Assembly (NCBI GenBank): GCA_000320545.1
Contig: ADNK01001088.1
Span: forward strand, 62,001-126,000
Direction: 5' to 3'
Length of the DNA: 64,000 nt
DNA from: Bigelowiella natans CCMP2755
Lineage: Eukaryota > Protista > Cercozoa
The notes below the pieces were generated by a model. That model searched no databases, had not been told where the DNA came from, and worked only from the letters and a program-made list of their open reading frames with translations. The translations under genes and the position numbers were made by a program. Below are positions 50,188 through 64,000 of the stretch, in pieces; within the stretch, counting starts at the first letter, position 1, and each line of letters opens with the position of its first letter.

Positions 50188-52511
50188 ATGTCAGCAAGGC
50201 ATCTGAGCTGGTTGATTATCACGTTTGCATTGTCCGCAGGACATGGCAAGGATGTTAATGGTGGTCAGATGGAACAGAACACAACCTGGACACGAGGGGA
50301 AAGCCCTTACATCGTGCACGACGTGCTCGTTATCGAGCCGAACGTCTTTCTAACAATCAAAGCGGGGGTAGAGGTGCAATGTATATCCCCAAATTGCCTC
50401 CGTATCGAGGGAGCAATCAGAGTGGAAGGAACATTAGATGACCCTGTAATCTTCAAACCAAAATATCCTGGGAGTTCAGACACATTCGAAGATCTTCAAA
50501 ATCCTGGGTGGATCTACATTGCAGTAAAGGCAGATGCTCGCCAGTCTGAGATAAACTATGCTAAATTTGAGGGAGATGTAAAGGGAGAGGTGCCACAGTA
50601 TCTAGCGATTCAATCGCAATCCGAGAGCAGCCACCCACTTACGATACGGAGATCTAATATGGATCGCATTCGCATCGTTGCCTGCCGCCTACATGTGATA
50701 GATAGCTCCCTAAAGCAGAGTTCAGTCTGGACTAATATGACCTTATTTTCCAAGTCGCACATCGATAATTGCAAACTGCGGTCATACTTTATATTAAATC
50801 ATGGAGCCGGGCTGATCCAATTCGAGTCGTCATCAATAAAAGGGAGCACAGCCGTTCTAAATAGTGATCTGAAATTTTCTGCAAGTACTTTACATGATAA
50901 CAAATTTGAAAAGCAGAATTCACTTTCCTTTGGCAACACAACGATCATAGAAGGTAGCTTCGAAGCGACCGATGCAATAAGAATACAGACCTCTGAATTT
51001 ATTGAATCCGATTGGGTCTTTGCGGCAACAACTAACGATGTGGAAGATTCAGTCTTCTATCGGTGCAATTTATACGCGGACGTTTGCCAAAAGCAACGAT
51101 GCTCTCACAAGGATGTGAGGCTCATGCTCCGCAGGGTCGCAATCATGAACAATGGGACTGGAACGGGGTTACTCATCACTGACTCCCACAGAAACAATTT
51201 GCTTCACCATGCTATCATACATATCGAGAACGTGCTGCTGTATCGTCTTTCCACCGGGATTGTAGTTTCTACAAAACATGCCTTTGATCGGATAGTGCTC
51301 AAGGGAGTCAATTTTATCGATATCTCTCATGCGGCGGTCGAAGTTAGGGATGTTACAGGGATTTCAAAGGCAGACTTTTGCTATTGGAACGGGCTATCAG
51401 TGCTGCAAACTGGCAAATCCATCATCGACGGGGACGATCATCCTGGGCGAGGAAAGGTGACGGTAAGTCACCCCCTGACATCGCCTGATTCTATTGCTCC
51501 GCTACCACCTCCCCGAGACCCATGGGTCTCTGTAATAACAACTGGCCCTCATTCAAGCACTACTACAGTCGTCATTCATTGGATGCCACCTTTGGCTCCT
51601 CTCCCACACAACATCGCCCATGTGTACATTTTGTACGTGCTGTTAGACAAGGAGCAGGGCTTTCATCGATACTACACGCAGTTAGACGCGTTCACCCTGC
51701 CCCCCGAGATAGATCCAGCGAAGCTTAACAACGCCAAGCTCGCTCTTCAGGTCATGACGGAGGACGGCCGACAGAGCTGGTATAGCATTGTGAAGCCCCT
51801 CAGAAATATCGACTTGCTCGACCCTGAGTACTTCCACCAGGTATACACCAAGCTGCCGATCCGCGCACCGTTGCCGTCTTTGGGCGCACACTTTTCGGTC
51901 AAGACTACATCCCCCACACGGCTCGCTACAGCCTACCCGACCTCCTCCCCAAACACCGACACGTACTCTCCAACAACGATAAGCCCAACGCTAGGACCTT
52001 CCTACAACGCCTCTTACAAAAGACCGGCCTCAAGGTTGGTCGGTTAGTTACCCGTCGTCCGCGTAAATATCTACCCTGCTCCTCCTCCCCCTCCTCCTCC
52101 TCCTCATACACTTTGACAAAATTGCATTCAATCGTGCTTTCGTTGACCATAGAGCTGTGTGGTGTCACGAATGAGGGTGTGTGTGGTGCGCTTAACAGGG
52201 TCAGAGAGGAGTTTTCTTGGTTCTACGTTGCCATTGCTGCGGTCTTGGTGGTTGCACTCGCCCTCACATATGCTGTGTTATTTGCAGTATATCGATGGTA
52301 GGTGAACACTAGTAGCATTTATATTTACTAGACTTAGATACGACATTCCTTCTGATCTCTCTTTCTTGCACAATTTGTTGTCCCTAAATGTCCACGATAA
52401 AGGTTCAAGCAGCGAAAGGTATCTACATCATCCGCGGGCGGAGTTGTGGCTTACGCGCTCGTCCCCGTGAGAAATAACACGGATGGAATGCTTCCTGGTG
52501 ATGAAGAGTAA
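50188..52511 (+). CDS. Type I membrane surface protein: signal peptide, right-handed beta-helix, FN3-like segment, Pro/Thr/Ser stalk, TM, short tail
   Basis: 619-aa first-exon ORF with NTTWTRGESPYIV..LTIKAGVEV..IEGAIRVEGTLDDPVIF; TM exon FYVAIAAVLVVALALTYAVLFAVY; stop 52509-52511. Confidence 0.75.
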
Positions 52512-52956
52512 AAGCGCTTACTGAATGCTCCAAAAGCACAACAAATGCATGCTATAACGCATATGTTGGTGTACTGTAATTCAATGCGCATATGAAGAAC
52601 AACGAAGCAATTGCTCCTATTTTTATCATGCATGGCTATGCATGGCATGAGGTGGTGCTGTACATGTGGCTACAATAGTATGAATCATGATCGAAAGCGA
52701 TTAATAGTTGGCAGTTTTCCTTGGTGTAGACACAGAAATATAAGAAGCATGAAGTAATGGAAGGTGGAGAATATACTAGCTGAATGTTAGCTGTAATACT
52801 ACAGCTTCTGCATGTCCAAATAAAGCTATGTCATGCACAGTGTGCCGAGCGACACATACAAGTGCCGACAATACGGAGTATTATGCTGACTCGTAAACAT
52901 TTTCATTCTAAAAAATTTAAAAGCCTAAGAAGGTCAAGGTGACTCAATCGGCATCA

Positions 52957-53237
52957 TCATATGAACGTTCGCGCCACCGTGGCCCGTCCGACCTTCGCCT
53001 TCCATAGCCGTGATTTCGTTGACTCGAAGAAAGCTTTTGCTCTTTCAGTCAATGGCGGGGGTGGATCACGGCAACGCTGACGGGCTTTCTTTCGTTTGTC
53101 ATGCGACTGTTGCTGCTGCTGCGACTGTTGCTTTTTTTGTCCCAGAATATCTTGCTGAATTATCCCACTCTCCAAAATTGCGCATATCAAGGCCCACCTG
53201 AGAGTGGATGGTGAGTGGAAAGACGATGGTGAGAAAT

Positions 53238-53272
<35 letters not shown>

Positions 53273-56200
53273 ATTGATGATGATGGCGGTGGCTCTCTGG
53301 ATGGACATCATTGTCGTAGCGAACGCTCTAATATGGCTCATCATGAAAGGGGAGCGTAGTCAAACACCACAACACGTCAGGTGTAGGATTGCTTTCGCAA
53401 GCAGCACAATTCGTTGACATAGCACTAATAAGGGCAACAGAGCATACAGTGTATTATTATCACCTATTGCCTCGGTGAAACATCTTTTCACATGTGGCGG
53501 ATGTGTAGAACCCTGCTTGTTGAGCGTATTTCCTCACAATAGGAATAAGCATAGACGTTTCCCCGGAGTCTTCCACCATGATCACTAGCCACCTCAGTGA
53601 TGATGATGATGACGATGGTGATGTTGATGGTGACGAGGACAATGTGAACGTATCAATCCACGATTTGATTGTCTGCATCCACGTATTGTTGCAGGAAACA
53701 GCCCCGTGCTGTGTCAAGACAACTATACCGTCGCAACCGGAGAGGTGCGAGCTGAGACAATGCTTGCCCGTCTGAGTACCGCGGATAATAGTCGTACTCT
53801 GGTTGATGCTTTTAGCATCATGTAATACACCGTTATTATTATTATTGTTGTTGCTGTTCGCTTCAGTTTTGTCACTGTTGGCAGCTTTGACTTGGCCTTT
53901 TCGGTCGTCCACGTGCTCGCTGCTGCTACGACTTCCATTAGAACCGAGAGCGTGATCGCGTTCTTTTAACCATAAAACGTCCACTTCTGGGCTGTCACGT
54001 AGTCCTCTCTCGTCCAGCAGGTGGCGATACTCCATTCTCGAATTGGTGAGGCAGCAAACGTGCTTAGCAAATCGGACATCTTCGTCGTTACAATTACCTT
54101 GACGTTGTTGTTGTTGTTGGTGGTGGTGGTGGTGCTGCTGCTGCTTCTGGCTTTGCGAGGGAGTGTCATGACATTGTCTGATAGATTCATTCTCACCGGG
54201 TTCTAGACCTAGCAATGCTGGCAGACAGTAGTGGAAACCGGGCTCCGAAACTGCTACTTTTAATCTCCGCGTGGATGATGACGACAATCTTGATGACGCA
54301 GTTGTTGTTGCTGCTGCTGCTGTTGTTGTTGTTGTTCGGGCTTGCCGCCCCCAGTGAAAGTGCTCTATGAAGAACAGCACCGTCTCAGTTGCCAGTTTGA
54401 ACTTGGTAGCATGTGGAGCGGCTATCTTTGGCATCCTCTCAACATTCCAGGATGAATCAAATCGCCACTGTGAAACGAGAGGGGGGGGAGGGGGTGTGGA
54501 CACATCTGCAAGCTGCTGCTGCCGCTGCTGCTCGTTCATTATCTTCAGCTTCTTTGCTGGTCGAGCTGACTCTGATCGTACTGGGTTTGCCGATGGGCCA
54601 TGGGGTGCTCCTCCTCCACCTACACTAATAGAGGGAGGAACTGGAGGCGGAGAAAGGGCGGGGGCAACCCCTTCGCTGCGGAATGATTGTGAAGGATGCA
54701 ATACTTTGAGCAAGATGTACATGTGCGGGTTTCCGATAGCAAATCTGACAACTTGCACGTTCAGTAGAGTGTAGTTGTAAGATCGTACCATAGCTTTGAG
54801 AGAAATCACGACACGGTCAACAGCCTCACCATCCCAGCACTCGAAGTTAGTTCGGTGGCTGAGCATTAACCCAAGAATTAGAGGAGTTGGTGGTAAGGAC
54901 GATAACCTCCCTGCCGTAGTTGTAGGTGCTGCATTTCCCATGGCTTTCGTTTCCGAAGGGGGGGGAGGAGAAAGGATGCCGTACTTGAACAGCTGCTCTA
55001 TTTCTGGCCACTGACCGCACGTCTCGATCTGCTTCAGTGTAAAGGTCTTGAAGCTGCGAACATTAATCCACACGCCCTGTAGTGTCTTCTTGCATCTCAT
55101 GTGACTGGTAGATGGACTTACTTTCTTGCCTAACAATGGTCGATTCGGACATGCTGTAGCGCTGCTGCTGCTGCTGCTGCTTCTCTCATCGGCTCCCTCT
55201 CCCTTCGTATGACTGCTGCTGCTACAACGCGCGTATTTGTTTTGATCATTATCCTCGTCGTCATCATCATCAGCATCATCCTCGCCACCTACCTGCCGCA
55301 CAAGGCTTTGCACATAGTGCGCGAAATGCACCGTCCGACGTGTGAGTTGGTGGTTCACTATGAATCGCTGGTCTTTGTCCATCCCGTCCGGGCTGTACTC
55401 CGATTGGAAAAATAAATAGCAGCAGCAGCAGCAGCAGAGAACATCAATATTAACGACATATGGTGATGGCAAAGAGTACCCTTCGAGGATCTCATTGGTG
55501 CTGCTACATAACAGCATCACAGGCTTCAAACGAGGGGAAGGGCAAAATCATTGTGAACAAACACCAACCCCATCTACAAATTCGTATAATATACATACAC
55601 GAGTGTGCATCGTCACTATGTTTTTCCTACTCCTTAAAGACCTTGGTAGCTCGGCCTTATCGTAGTGAATACAGGAGACATGTGCTGCTGCTGCTCGATG
55701 ATCCTTCTCGTTCTCCTCATCCTGCTGCTGCTGCTTTTGAGGAGTAGTAAGGAAAGATGCTGGTTTCGCTGCTGCTGTAACTGAGTCCTCTGTCGTTTTT
55801 GGCATCCCCCTCCTTTCACATTTGCCGTACCCCCTCCTTGGCCCATTGCCCCTGGCCCCCAACCTTCCCAATGCAAACTGTGCAGCGGCAAGCTCCGTTT
55901 CATCATCTATTATAGCGTCAATTGACTCTATACCATCCACTTCCATCTGACGAGAATGGAGAGAGAAAGTGTGTGTGTGTGTGTAAGGGGGGAGGCACGC
56001 AAGACACAAAATTATCGATGTTGTTTCGTTCAGCTTAGTATGCTACGATTGCGAATCGTATAATTAGAACATATGCTCTTTACCAAGGCACGCACAGTCG
56101 GAAGCAGCTTGAAGTCCACGCATACTACCCGCCAGCCCCTATGCACATGGCTGCTGAAATGAGCTCCTACCCACTGAACAAACCATCATACAAAACCCAG

Positions 56201-56949
56201 GAAACGCAATGATATCAAATGGCAATAAAACTACAGGATTATGACAATGAGGGCTGCCGCTGTTAGCACGATAATATCCCTTAGGTTTCTCCCCACCCCC
56301 CCCCCCTCCTCCTCCTCCTCACTTGCCTTGAGCGCATTCCACATAGGATATGCCGTTCCAGGGTCGTGGGCAAACTGCATTAGCTTCCAGCTCCCCTTGA
56401 AGTGCCTCAAAGCACAATTTTCCTCCTCGTTGATCTTCTTCCCAGCGTCGCTATCCTCCTCCTCGTTTTCATTGATGACTTTAGAGGAATTCCTCCGAAT
56501 GTCTTGTTCTGATTTGCTATCTTTTCTTTCAGCTCTTCCACCAAATATTTTCTTGTCTTCGTCCTTTTCGAGATCGCGGTCACTTCCAGTCGATTGTAAA
56601 GAATCGTCCTCACCTTTACTCGCTCCCCCTCCCTTTCTTTCCGTCACTTCGAACGCGACTGTGAAGAGCATGCCCCTCCCCTTGGTCATACGCTCGAATA
56701 CACTGTCAAATGCGGTGCTAATTGAATCTTGACCGTTGCCAATCGCGTGCTCATCTTTCATTCTCTTCCACTGTGCGAATGCAACGTTCATATACGCGCT
56801 GCACCTGTAGTGGTGAGGGTGGGGCAAGGAACATTTTCTTTAAAAGATTGCTGCTGAGGCTGCTGCTCGATTAGCGCACTCGGCAGGCGTACCGACGATT
56901 TTCATCATCTGCATGCATGCATGTAGACGACGTGTGATCATTTTACCAG

Positions 56950-56983
<34 letters not shown>

Positions 56984-58387
56984 AATACTCACCCTATTGT
57001 CTTAGCTTCGTAGCCAGCTCCAGTCGCAACTCCTGTCACAAAAGCAACCAGGTGGTCCACTACCTCATACCTGTGTGATGATCAAAGGCAAGGTATCAGC
57101 GTCAAGGAGGAGATGCTAAGTCATGTGATGATGGAGGAGAACGATGACAACGTCGTTCACATGGCTCTCCATGGATTTGCTGTAGTTTTCGCAACACTTA
57201 CATGGCAATGTATGGCGGCGTTAAATATTCATTATGTTAAAACTCACGGGTAGATTTGCATGATGCCTCCTCTTTGTGCAGTAGTAATGGCAAGAATAGC
57301 TGGCGAACCCCCTATAAGGTGGTGATTGAATAGCTGCTTTATATCTTGTCGACGCCTCCGGCCCTTCACCCTGAGGAGAAGTACAAATAATGCATGGTCG
57401 TATAAATCAACAACGCAGTTGTTCAATATCCCCTATCAAGGGGCAAGGTCACGGCTCGCGCTCGTTCTTATGAACATACATGCATACTTATAGCATAAAC
57501 TGCTACCCCCCAAAAGCGCCACAATAGTCCAGCCAGATAAACCTCAGCGACCGTGAATTTTGGCAAGGAAGAAGACAACTCCCTTCTTCTTTTTTCTTAT
57601 TTCCGCCTACTCCCATTTGTCGATCTCCTCCATCGGGATTGTTAGATCCTTGCTGTTGTGTCTGGCGAGGCACTCCTCCTCCATTCTCTACTACAACTAC
57701 TTCCTTTTCCCTTGCCAAATCCTGCCAGGGTTCAAGCAAGGATCTGAGATACTTGTCGTCTTTTAATCTCCGTACGGCACCTGCCGTCTTTGATAGGTTA
57801 GAGTTTACCAAGCTGCTGCTATTCTTCTTCTCAGCAGCTGCAGGTTCATCATCGAAGTGTGATAGTACCCTCGGAGCTGTTCTGGCAAGACAGAATTTAG
57901 AAGTATGCTCGAGAACTCGACAACGGCACGACAATTGGCAGCCCGACAGCGATGATATCAGCTTATGGGATTCGCACCGAGAGGCACGTGCTCCAGCTTT
58001 GCGCACCGACGACACCACACGCCGATCTAAGTTTGGTATCATTATTCGCGAGCGGGGTATGAAGTCCTTTATTTGGTCGAGAGAGTTTAAGGTCAAGAGG
58101 TGCTCAGTGTCAAGGATTAGTCCCCATGAGGTGGTGGTAGAGGGCGATGAGCTGCTGGCGGGAATCTTACTAGCTTTCGTGAATGCCCGCCTCGCGGACT
58201 CCACTAACCATTGATTGACTTTTATCTTCGCAGGGTGTTGTTCTGGTGTGTAGCGATACAATGGGGTTGGGGACGTGGTCTTGCCCTTCCTATGAGTACC
58301 TTTCTCTTCGTCACCCCTTTTGACGCCTGTGTCGTTCTTCGAACACTCCTCCCATTGTGTTGGCCTGGAATCTACACCATCCTCCAT
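52957..58387 (-). CDS. Large low-complexity protein with methyltransferase-fold-like domain(s); may be one or two genes
   Basis: ORFs 57503-58390, 56231-56827, 55548-56009 and 53460-55529 linked by small exons; LILDTEHLLT..IMIPN..FIWLDYCG..DIKQLF..ILAITTAQRG. Confidence 0.5.
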
Positions 58388-58679
58388 CACGACTTGGGGG
58401 TCCTCCTCAGGCTCCTCTAGGATTTAGTCAATGATCCCGACCGATCGCCATTGTTGCATGGAGCTACGTCGAAAAATAAGCCCATCTAAAAATGTTGTAT
58501 TAGTTGTTAGAGGAGAATAATATTGGAAAGTTAAATACACCGAATATATCTAAGATATGCACCTGTTGCACTTGGTCTCCATCCACGAATAAAGTTGGTC
58601 AAAAATATATCCCAACTTTATCCTAAGCAGTTAGCCCACTTACTAACTCGTTGGAACTTTGTACTTCCGTCGGACCCTG

Positions 58680-60042
58680 ATGGCTGCCAGGACCTGCGCT
58701 GTGACGCGGCTCGCGGCTCGATCGCTGGATGGGGTAGGGAAGCGCTTTCGAGGGGGGCGAGGGCCGCAGGTAGATTGTATCGTTCTTTTGCAATGTGGGC
58801 AATAGTGTGTGTGTGTATTCCTTCCTTCCGTGCAGCCAGAGTATCATATTGATTCCTTCAATAAACAAATGTGCGAAATAAGGGTGCTGCTGGCCCCAAG
58901 CGGTTCTTAAGCTTCTGGAATGAAGGTCGCGAGGACTGGGGTATGAACGAACTGCTCAAGGTTGGAAACCAGTTGTCCGTTTTCAAAGATATCGGCATAG
59001 AAGGGGAGGCAGGGGGTTTGGGCTCCGCCGGTGCTGATGACGTAGCCTGGGCCATTGAGTATGGACTGGCGCGAATGAGCATGGCACAAGAGCATGTGTC
59101 GAAAACCGGAGAGCATGTCGCTAGAGACTCGGTCGCTCAGTTCCGGAAAGAAAGGTGATAGATCCATCAATCCTTCTTCGTGCCATTCCTTAAGACCGCC
59201 ATAACTATTCGGAAAAGCGCTCGTCTTTCTAACGATGATGTGCAACTCGAATTGTCAGGTGCGTGGCTTACGCCTCTTGGTTTCTCCCAACCCTAACAGG
59301 GGATGAGGCCAAGGAGCACATGATCGAAGAGGTGAAGCCACTCGAAACGTCCGGAGAGAATCTTGTATGGTACCCAAGCCCACAGACATACCCGCGAACT
59401 CTCTCAGCCTTCACACATCCCGACCTCATTCCTCCATCCGAAGTGCCATACAATACAACGCGTATGACTGGTAAGCAGCTCTTGAACACGATCGACTACC
59501 TCAGCAATCACAATATGGAGGCCTTTGGTTTCAATACAGCTGTGGACATGAGATCAGGGAAGTACGCATCGTTCTCTGCTGCTGAGGTCTTGCCGCACTT
59601 TTTGAGGTGGCTGAGCGTGATCGAAATTGAAGCTGTGTTGCACGCCCTTATTCTGGCTGAAGCTAACCCAGACACCTCCGACAAAGTTCTTCAAGTCAAA
59701 AACACAGCCGCTGCAACCTTTCTGGATTCTGGATTTAAGGTTTGGGTTCTAGGTAAGAAAGATAGTGCAAGCTCCAGACAGCATCTTGCACTTGACGATG
59801 GAGGACAAAACGTACTTGCTTTCCTTGCTCCAGATATTGCGATGAGTTATGCCTTGCAAAACGGAGACGTGGAAGATGAAAACGCTCCGTTGACAGCTCT
59901 GCCATACAAACCAATGCGCTTAAATATACCTATCGGTCAATTTTTCGAGAGGGCAACACAATCAGGCAGAGGGATGTCAATCCCTTATCGGCAACTTAGT
60001 GGCAGCTTTGAGAGCTTCTTCCTAGCACCAGGAGGAGGCTGA
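58680..60042 (+). CDS. Hypothetical protein with mitochondrial-type Arg/Ala-rich N-terminus
   Basis: MAARTCAVTRLAARSL.. first exon, ORFs 58871-59158 and 59263-60042 separated by a GT-AG intron; no family recognised. Confidence 0.6.
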
Positions 60043-60874
60043 TCACGCTTCGGTTCCATTGGAACGAGCACTAGGATGCGCATTGAGTTGAAGTGGCCGC
60101 GGTTGATTGAGTGTGCACACATGACATCGATGGCAGAAGGGTGCGAGATCGTGTTTACCTGGGTCGATCTGCATTGTGCCATGTTTGAGGTTCATATGCC
60201 TACACAGCGACTATCCTTATGCATGCCGTCACAGCGTCACGCATCAGCTTGTTACGTTCATCTCTATATCGCCATCTCCCGTTCATTTAGCGCACTTTGC
60301 AATGTCGTACAACCTGTGACAGTGCATCGTGGCATGTGTGATGTGCCCTGCGAGGTAGCAGGCAAGATATACAGCGCTCGCGGTGCTTTGTGTGCGATAC
60401 GTACAACTTAAATATTACGATGATCGACGCTACGACGTGTGTGCTGCAACCGATATAGTTTTACATCCATCTAGCCATAGTAAGTAAAAATAACGCTGGC
60501 ACTAGCATCACCACAAACATCTGTAATGGATATTAAATATGTATTTGCATTATTATTGCATTGTATGTGCGCATGCGTAAAATATAGCGTAGAAACATAT
60601 ACTATATGCTATAAGTGTGAGTCTACATGGGGCTATTATCAGTTGATCATGCTAGCTCATGTTTGTCCTAAGTGCGCATTCTCACGTGAGTCAAATACGG
60701 TGAGTCATGCATTCCGCTGTATTATTGGTTAGCGCGTCAATGCCATAGATGGAGGCAATGGAATGTATGCACCGCATAGCATCTGTTTTTAGCACTCATC
60801 GCTGCACCACTTTTGGATTTCGCCATCACTTTCGATGTTGATCATGAAATAATCAGCAATGTCATAGGTAATAC

Positions 60875-62472
60875 TCATGTCAATCCAGCAGTTTTCCTGC
60901 GTTTTATATTGCTGTCTGAGGGGTCAACAGGTTGCACTGACGAGGAAGGATTCTCTGCTCGCTTCTTGCTCCCAACTTCTACCATTTCCTCGTTGTGGCC
61001 GCTTTTGGAGTCGGACTCTTCGTTGCGTGTCCGACGGCAGCCAACAACGCAGGGCAAATCAAAGGACAAACACAACATTTCTTTTTTAGGGGCAACGTTC
61101 CTAACCAAAAAACGAATCTAAGTGATGACCATCAAAGATACGGAAGGACACCTACACATACGGCAAGGGTTTGTATACACTGCTCAAATGCGCACACATA
61201 CGCAAATAAGCTGACGAACACGTGCTTATCAGAATGTATTGCATCATCTAGGGGAAGGCTTTGCTTGGCGTATTACTCCATGAGTAAATGCTACACACGC
61301 ACGCGCGCGTCCAATTCTGCATTTCTTCTTATCAAAAGAAATTTGCAGTAGCTGAAATGAACCCACATTTAAATGCAAAGTTTCATAAATGTTCCTTTGC
61401 GACATGACAGCAATATAGCCCGACCTAACGTTGTGCACATCGACTTGAACAATTTTATGGCCTAGAACGTCTTCAACCTAAAATGTTGAATAAATTAATT
61501 CGTGAAATCTTTAGATGGCGACTTCTAAGAAACGTTCCTCCAGCTATGTTACATACATATGTAGGTACCCTATCGAGAGCATCCTTTCTCAACTCCTCCG
61601 GACTAATAATCGTACCAACCACAACGGAATAGTCGATCAAACCAAGAGACCAGGAAGAGCAAATCGGTAGAAGTAGTTGCAATGAATGAGATATTTAAGG
61701 AGCGATTGTGTTGTTGTGTTGTCTCTTCTTCTAAGAACTACGTTTCTCCTCTTGCAAAACAGTAGCAATGTATCCGAGGCATCTGGTCCTAAGAAGAAGA
61801 ACAACAAAGCAGCCAGGAATAATAACTTTCTCAATCAGTCATAGGTGCATGTATGTTTCTTCATGGGCTGATATATCAGTAGACATCGGCATCCTCGTCA
61901 TCATTGCCTTGGTAAATGTAGGTGGGTATAAGTCCTTGAAGACATCCAGGAATTCAATAGCTATGGCAGGGAGATTCATTGTCACAACCTGGAGTACATA
62001 TTTACAGCACATCATCATCATCACCATCACCATCACCATCATTCATCATCATTCATCATAATAATCATGCGGGAATCAGACGGTGAGGCGAGATTTATCG
62101 ACATTGTAGAGTTGCTGTTCTGTTGCCATTATGCGCTTCGTGATGTCCTTCACAAATTCTCGTCCGTCGAGGTTGAAGCACTCAACCCGATGTGAGACCT
62201 TAGAAGATGCGGTCAACTCAGAATATACAACAAAGACCGAACACCACAATCACACTTCTGTATTATTTCTCCATCACATCGACGGAGGGACGATGGCTGA
62301 GAATACGCGCGCGTTTCCGCGTGCACACCCACTCTCTGCTACTTTAACCACCCTTCTAGGCAGTGATCACCTTGTTAAGGCGGACGTTTTCCTTTAGCCA
62401 CTTAAAAGACTCAGGGTTGAGGTCGTTGGCATAGACTTTGACACCCTTCATTCCAGCAGGAACTGGGAATAA

Positions 62473-62504
<32 letters not shown>

Positions 62505-64000
62505 CATCGTACCATCTAATCCTGCTGTGCCCTACGGCTGCGACTATAGGTAGTTCTTTGGTGCCCCCCTCCTTGGGCAGCAGCAAACGATTAAATCTAC
62601 CTGCAAAAGGGCCGATCCCGCAGAACATATCGCATACGATGTCATCCCGCTGATAACAATATACACATCGTAGAGTGAGGACGAATAAGTCTGGCGAAGG
62701 AGAGGAGGGCTTCACAATCATACCGCAAAATCTATATATTTGAAAAAAAAATGCAACGCTAGTAATAAATCATACGTGGAGCATCCTCACTATCCGCGCG
62801 TGTTCTGTTTGTAAGCGTGAGTTCCAATACACCTAACGAACGTACCACCAGCAGTAACAAATAGCAACTGTAGCTAAGGTTACGCCAAGAATATCTTTAG
62901 GGGCCCTCGTAGGACGTTGTATTGCCATCAATCGATAACACTATCGTCGTGGATATTTTGCTGAAAGCCCTGCGCCGACCTTTCCGTAGTCTAGTCTGAA
63001 TCTGCATCCATGTTCCTTTACCTCCGTCTCCAAGTCTTTTTTACCTACCCACAAAGGTAAATGAAAGCGGCCGCCGGTGGGGGAACTGAGCTTCATTTCT
63101 GTTGCGAATGCTATATTATACCTGCAATAACCTCCATGGGAAATACCCGAAACCTGTCTGTTATCTTGCCCGTTTTTACGACCACTGTTTTTACCTTTAA
63201 TGTCAATACATCGCAAAGGGGATCAGGTGGGGAGAGTGAATGTGAGGAGATCATTGTCAGAGTTACTGCTTACATTAGGGAGCTTTTTCAATATGGCTTC
63301 GCCAATTTGTACCCTGGTGTTCATTGCGAAGGACAAACACGCTGTTATCATCATCATCATACAACCAGCAATTGAGTGTGCAATCAAGTGCAATTAGCAA
63401 CTGATAATGCCGAGTACTTGAAGGGCATCTGTTGATCCAAGAGGTTTAGGTGTACGATGTGACCCACAGACTCAAACGACGTGATAATTGGTGTCCCTTT
63501 TGGAAGGATGCGTTTGAGGGTCTGGTACGCAAATATAACGTGATAAGAACTAGATATTCTCAGAAAATCAATTTTAACTTTCTTAAATGGATTCTAAATT
63601 TACGAAATCTGACTGAGAAATCCTACAGCACCCTCTAGTTCATATTGTTGGAACTTACCTCCGCGAGTGACATGTGTTTCTCCTTGTCGAGTAGAAGAGT
63701 GTGAAATACAGGAATCGCGCCGTTTGACAGACAAAAATCCCCTAGTTATGAGGTGCATGGCAGGTTACAAAATTCTGATCGTGAAGGTTTAGATATCACA
63801 TAAGGGAATAGTGAATAACTTGTTGCTGAATCCATTTCATTCAGGTCCAAGGCAGTGATTTTTGAATCGAGCAGGATAATTTTCTCAGACGCGGACTTAT
63901 TTTGCCGCGTTGCCGCTGCTGCCACGATATGAGATCCGGAGGGCTCTTTGTTGTCGTCCTTTGCAATCTCGGAAGAATTGCTCGGAGCATCTACTACTGG
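60875..64000 (-). CDS. TRM5: tRNA (guanine37-N1)-methyltransferase, Met-10+ family; 5' part runs beyond the window
   Basis: [38 protein letters not shown]|[23 protein letters not shown]|[53 protein letters not shown]. Confidence 0.96.

Noticed and set aside
1-64000. tRNA, rRNA, spliceosomal snRNA genes and intact transposase or reverse-transcriptase ORFs
   Set aside because: None recognised by eye; tRNAscan-SE and Infernal would be needed to exclude them formally.

Overview
Intron-rich eukaryotic nuclear DNA with many short GT-AG introns and microsatellites. A Ycf39/HCF244 gene with a signal-peptide plus transit-peptide leader points to a secondary-plastid alga, most likely a chlorarachniophyte (inference). 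About 19 spliced genes can be read, mostly in divergent or convergent pairs: GDXG alpha/beta hydrolase, PIMT, pirin, ARL8, thioredoxin-domain protein, DUF1279/FAM210-like, RING-H2 E3, two putative glycosyltransferase-like proteins, Ycf39/HCF244, SRP receptor alpha, GONST-type nucleotide-sugar transporter, a nuclease-like orphan, RCHY1/Pirh2, SNF1/AMPK-family kinase, tandem-WWE protein, beta-helix surface protein, a duplicated methyltransferase-like protein, an unknown protein and TRM5 (truncated by the window end). The most striking signal is non-genic. Several sharply bounded intergenic tracts (about 61-720, 22276-23580, 31942-32432, 36070-36720, 46410-46840) have lost nearly all TpA dinucleotides except those in TAG/CTA, especially CTAG. 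A dispersed ~100-bp repeat whose copy lies in one such tract differs from its siblings mainly by TA->TG changes. This suggests a regional, strand-specific 5'-TAH->TGH (A-to-G) hypermutation process, analogous to fungal RIP but acting on adenine. A TA-retaining island of perfect hairpins sits in the middle of the largest tract. All exon chains, coordinates and counts were read by eye; gene ends are approximate where stated.
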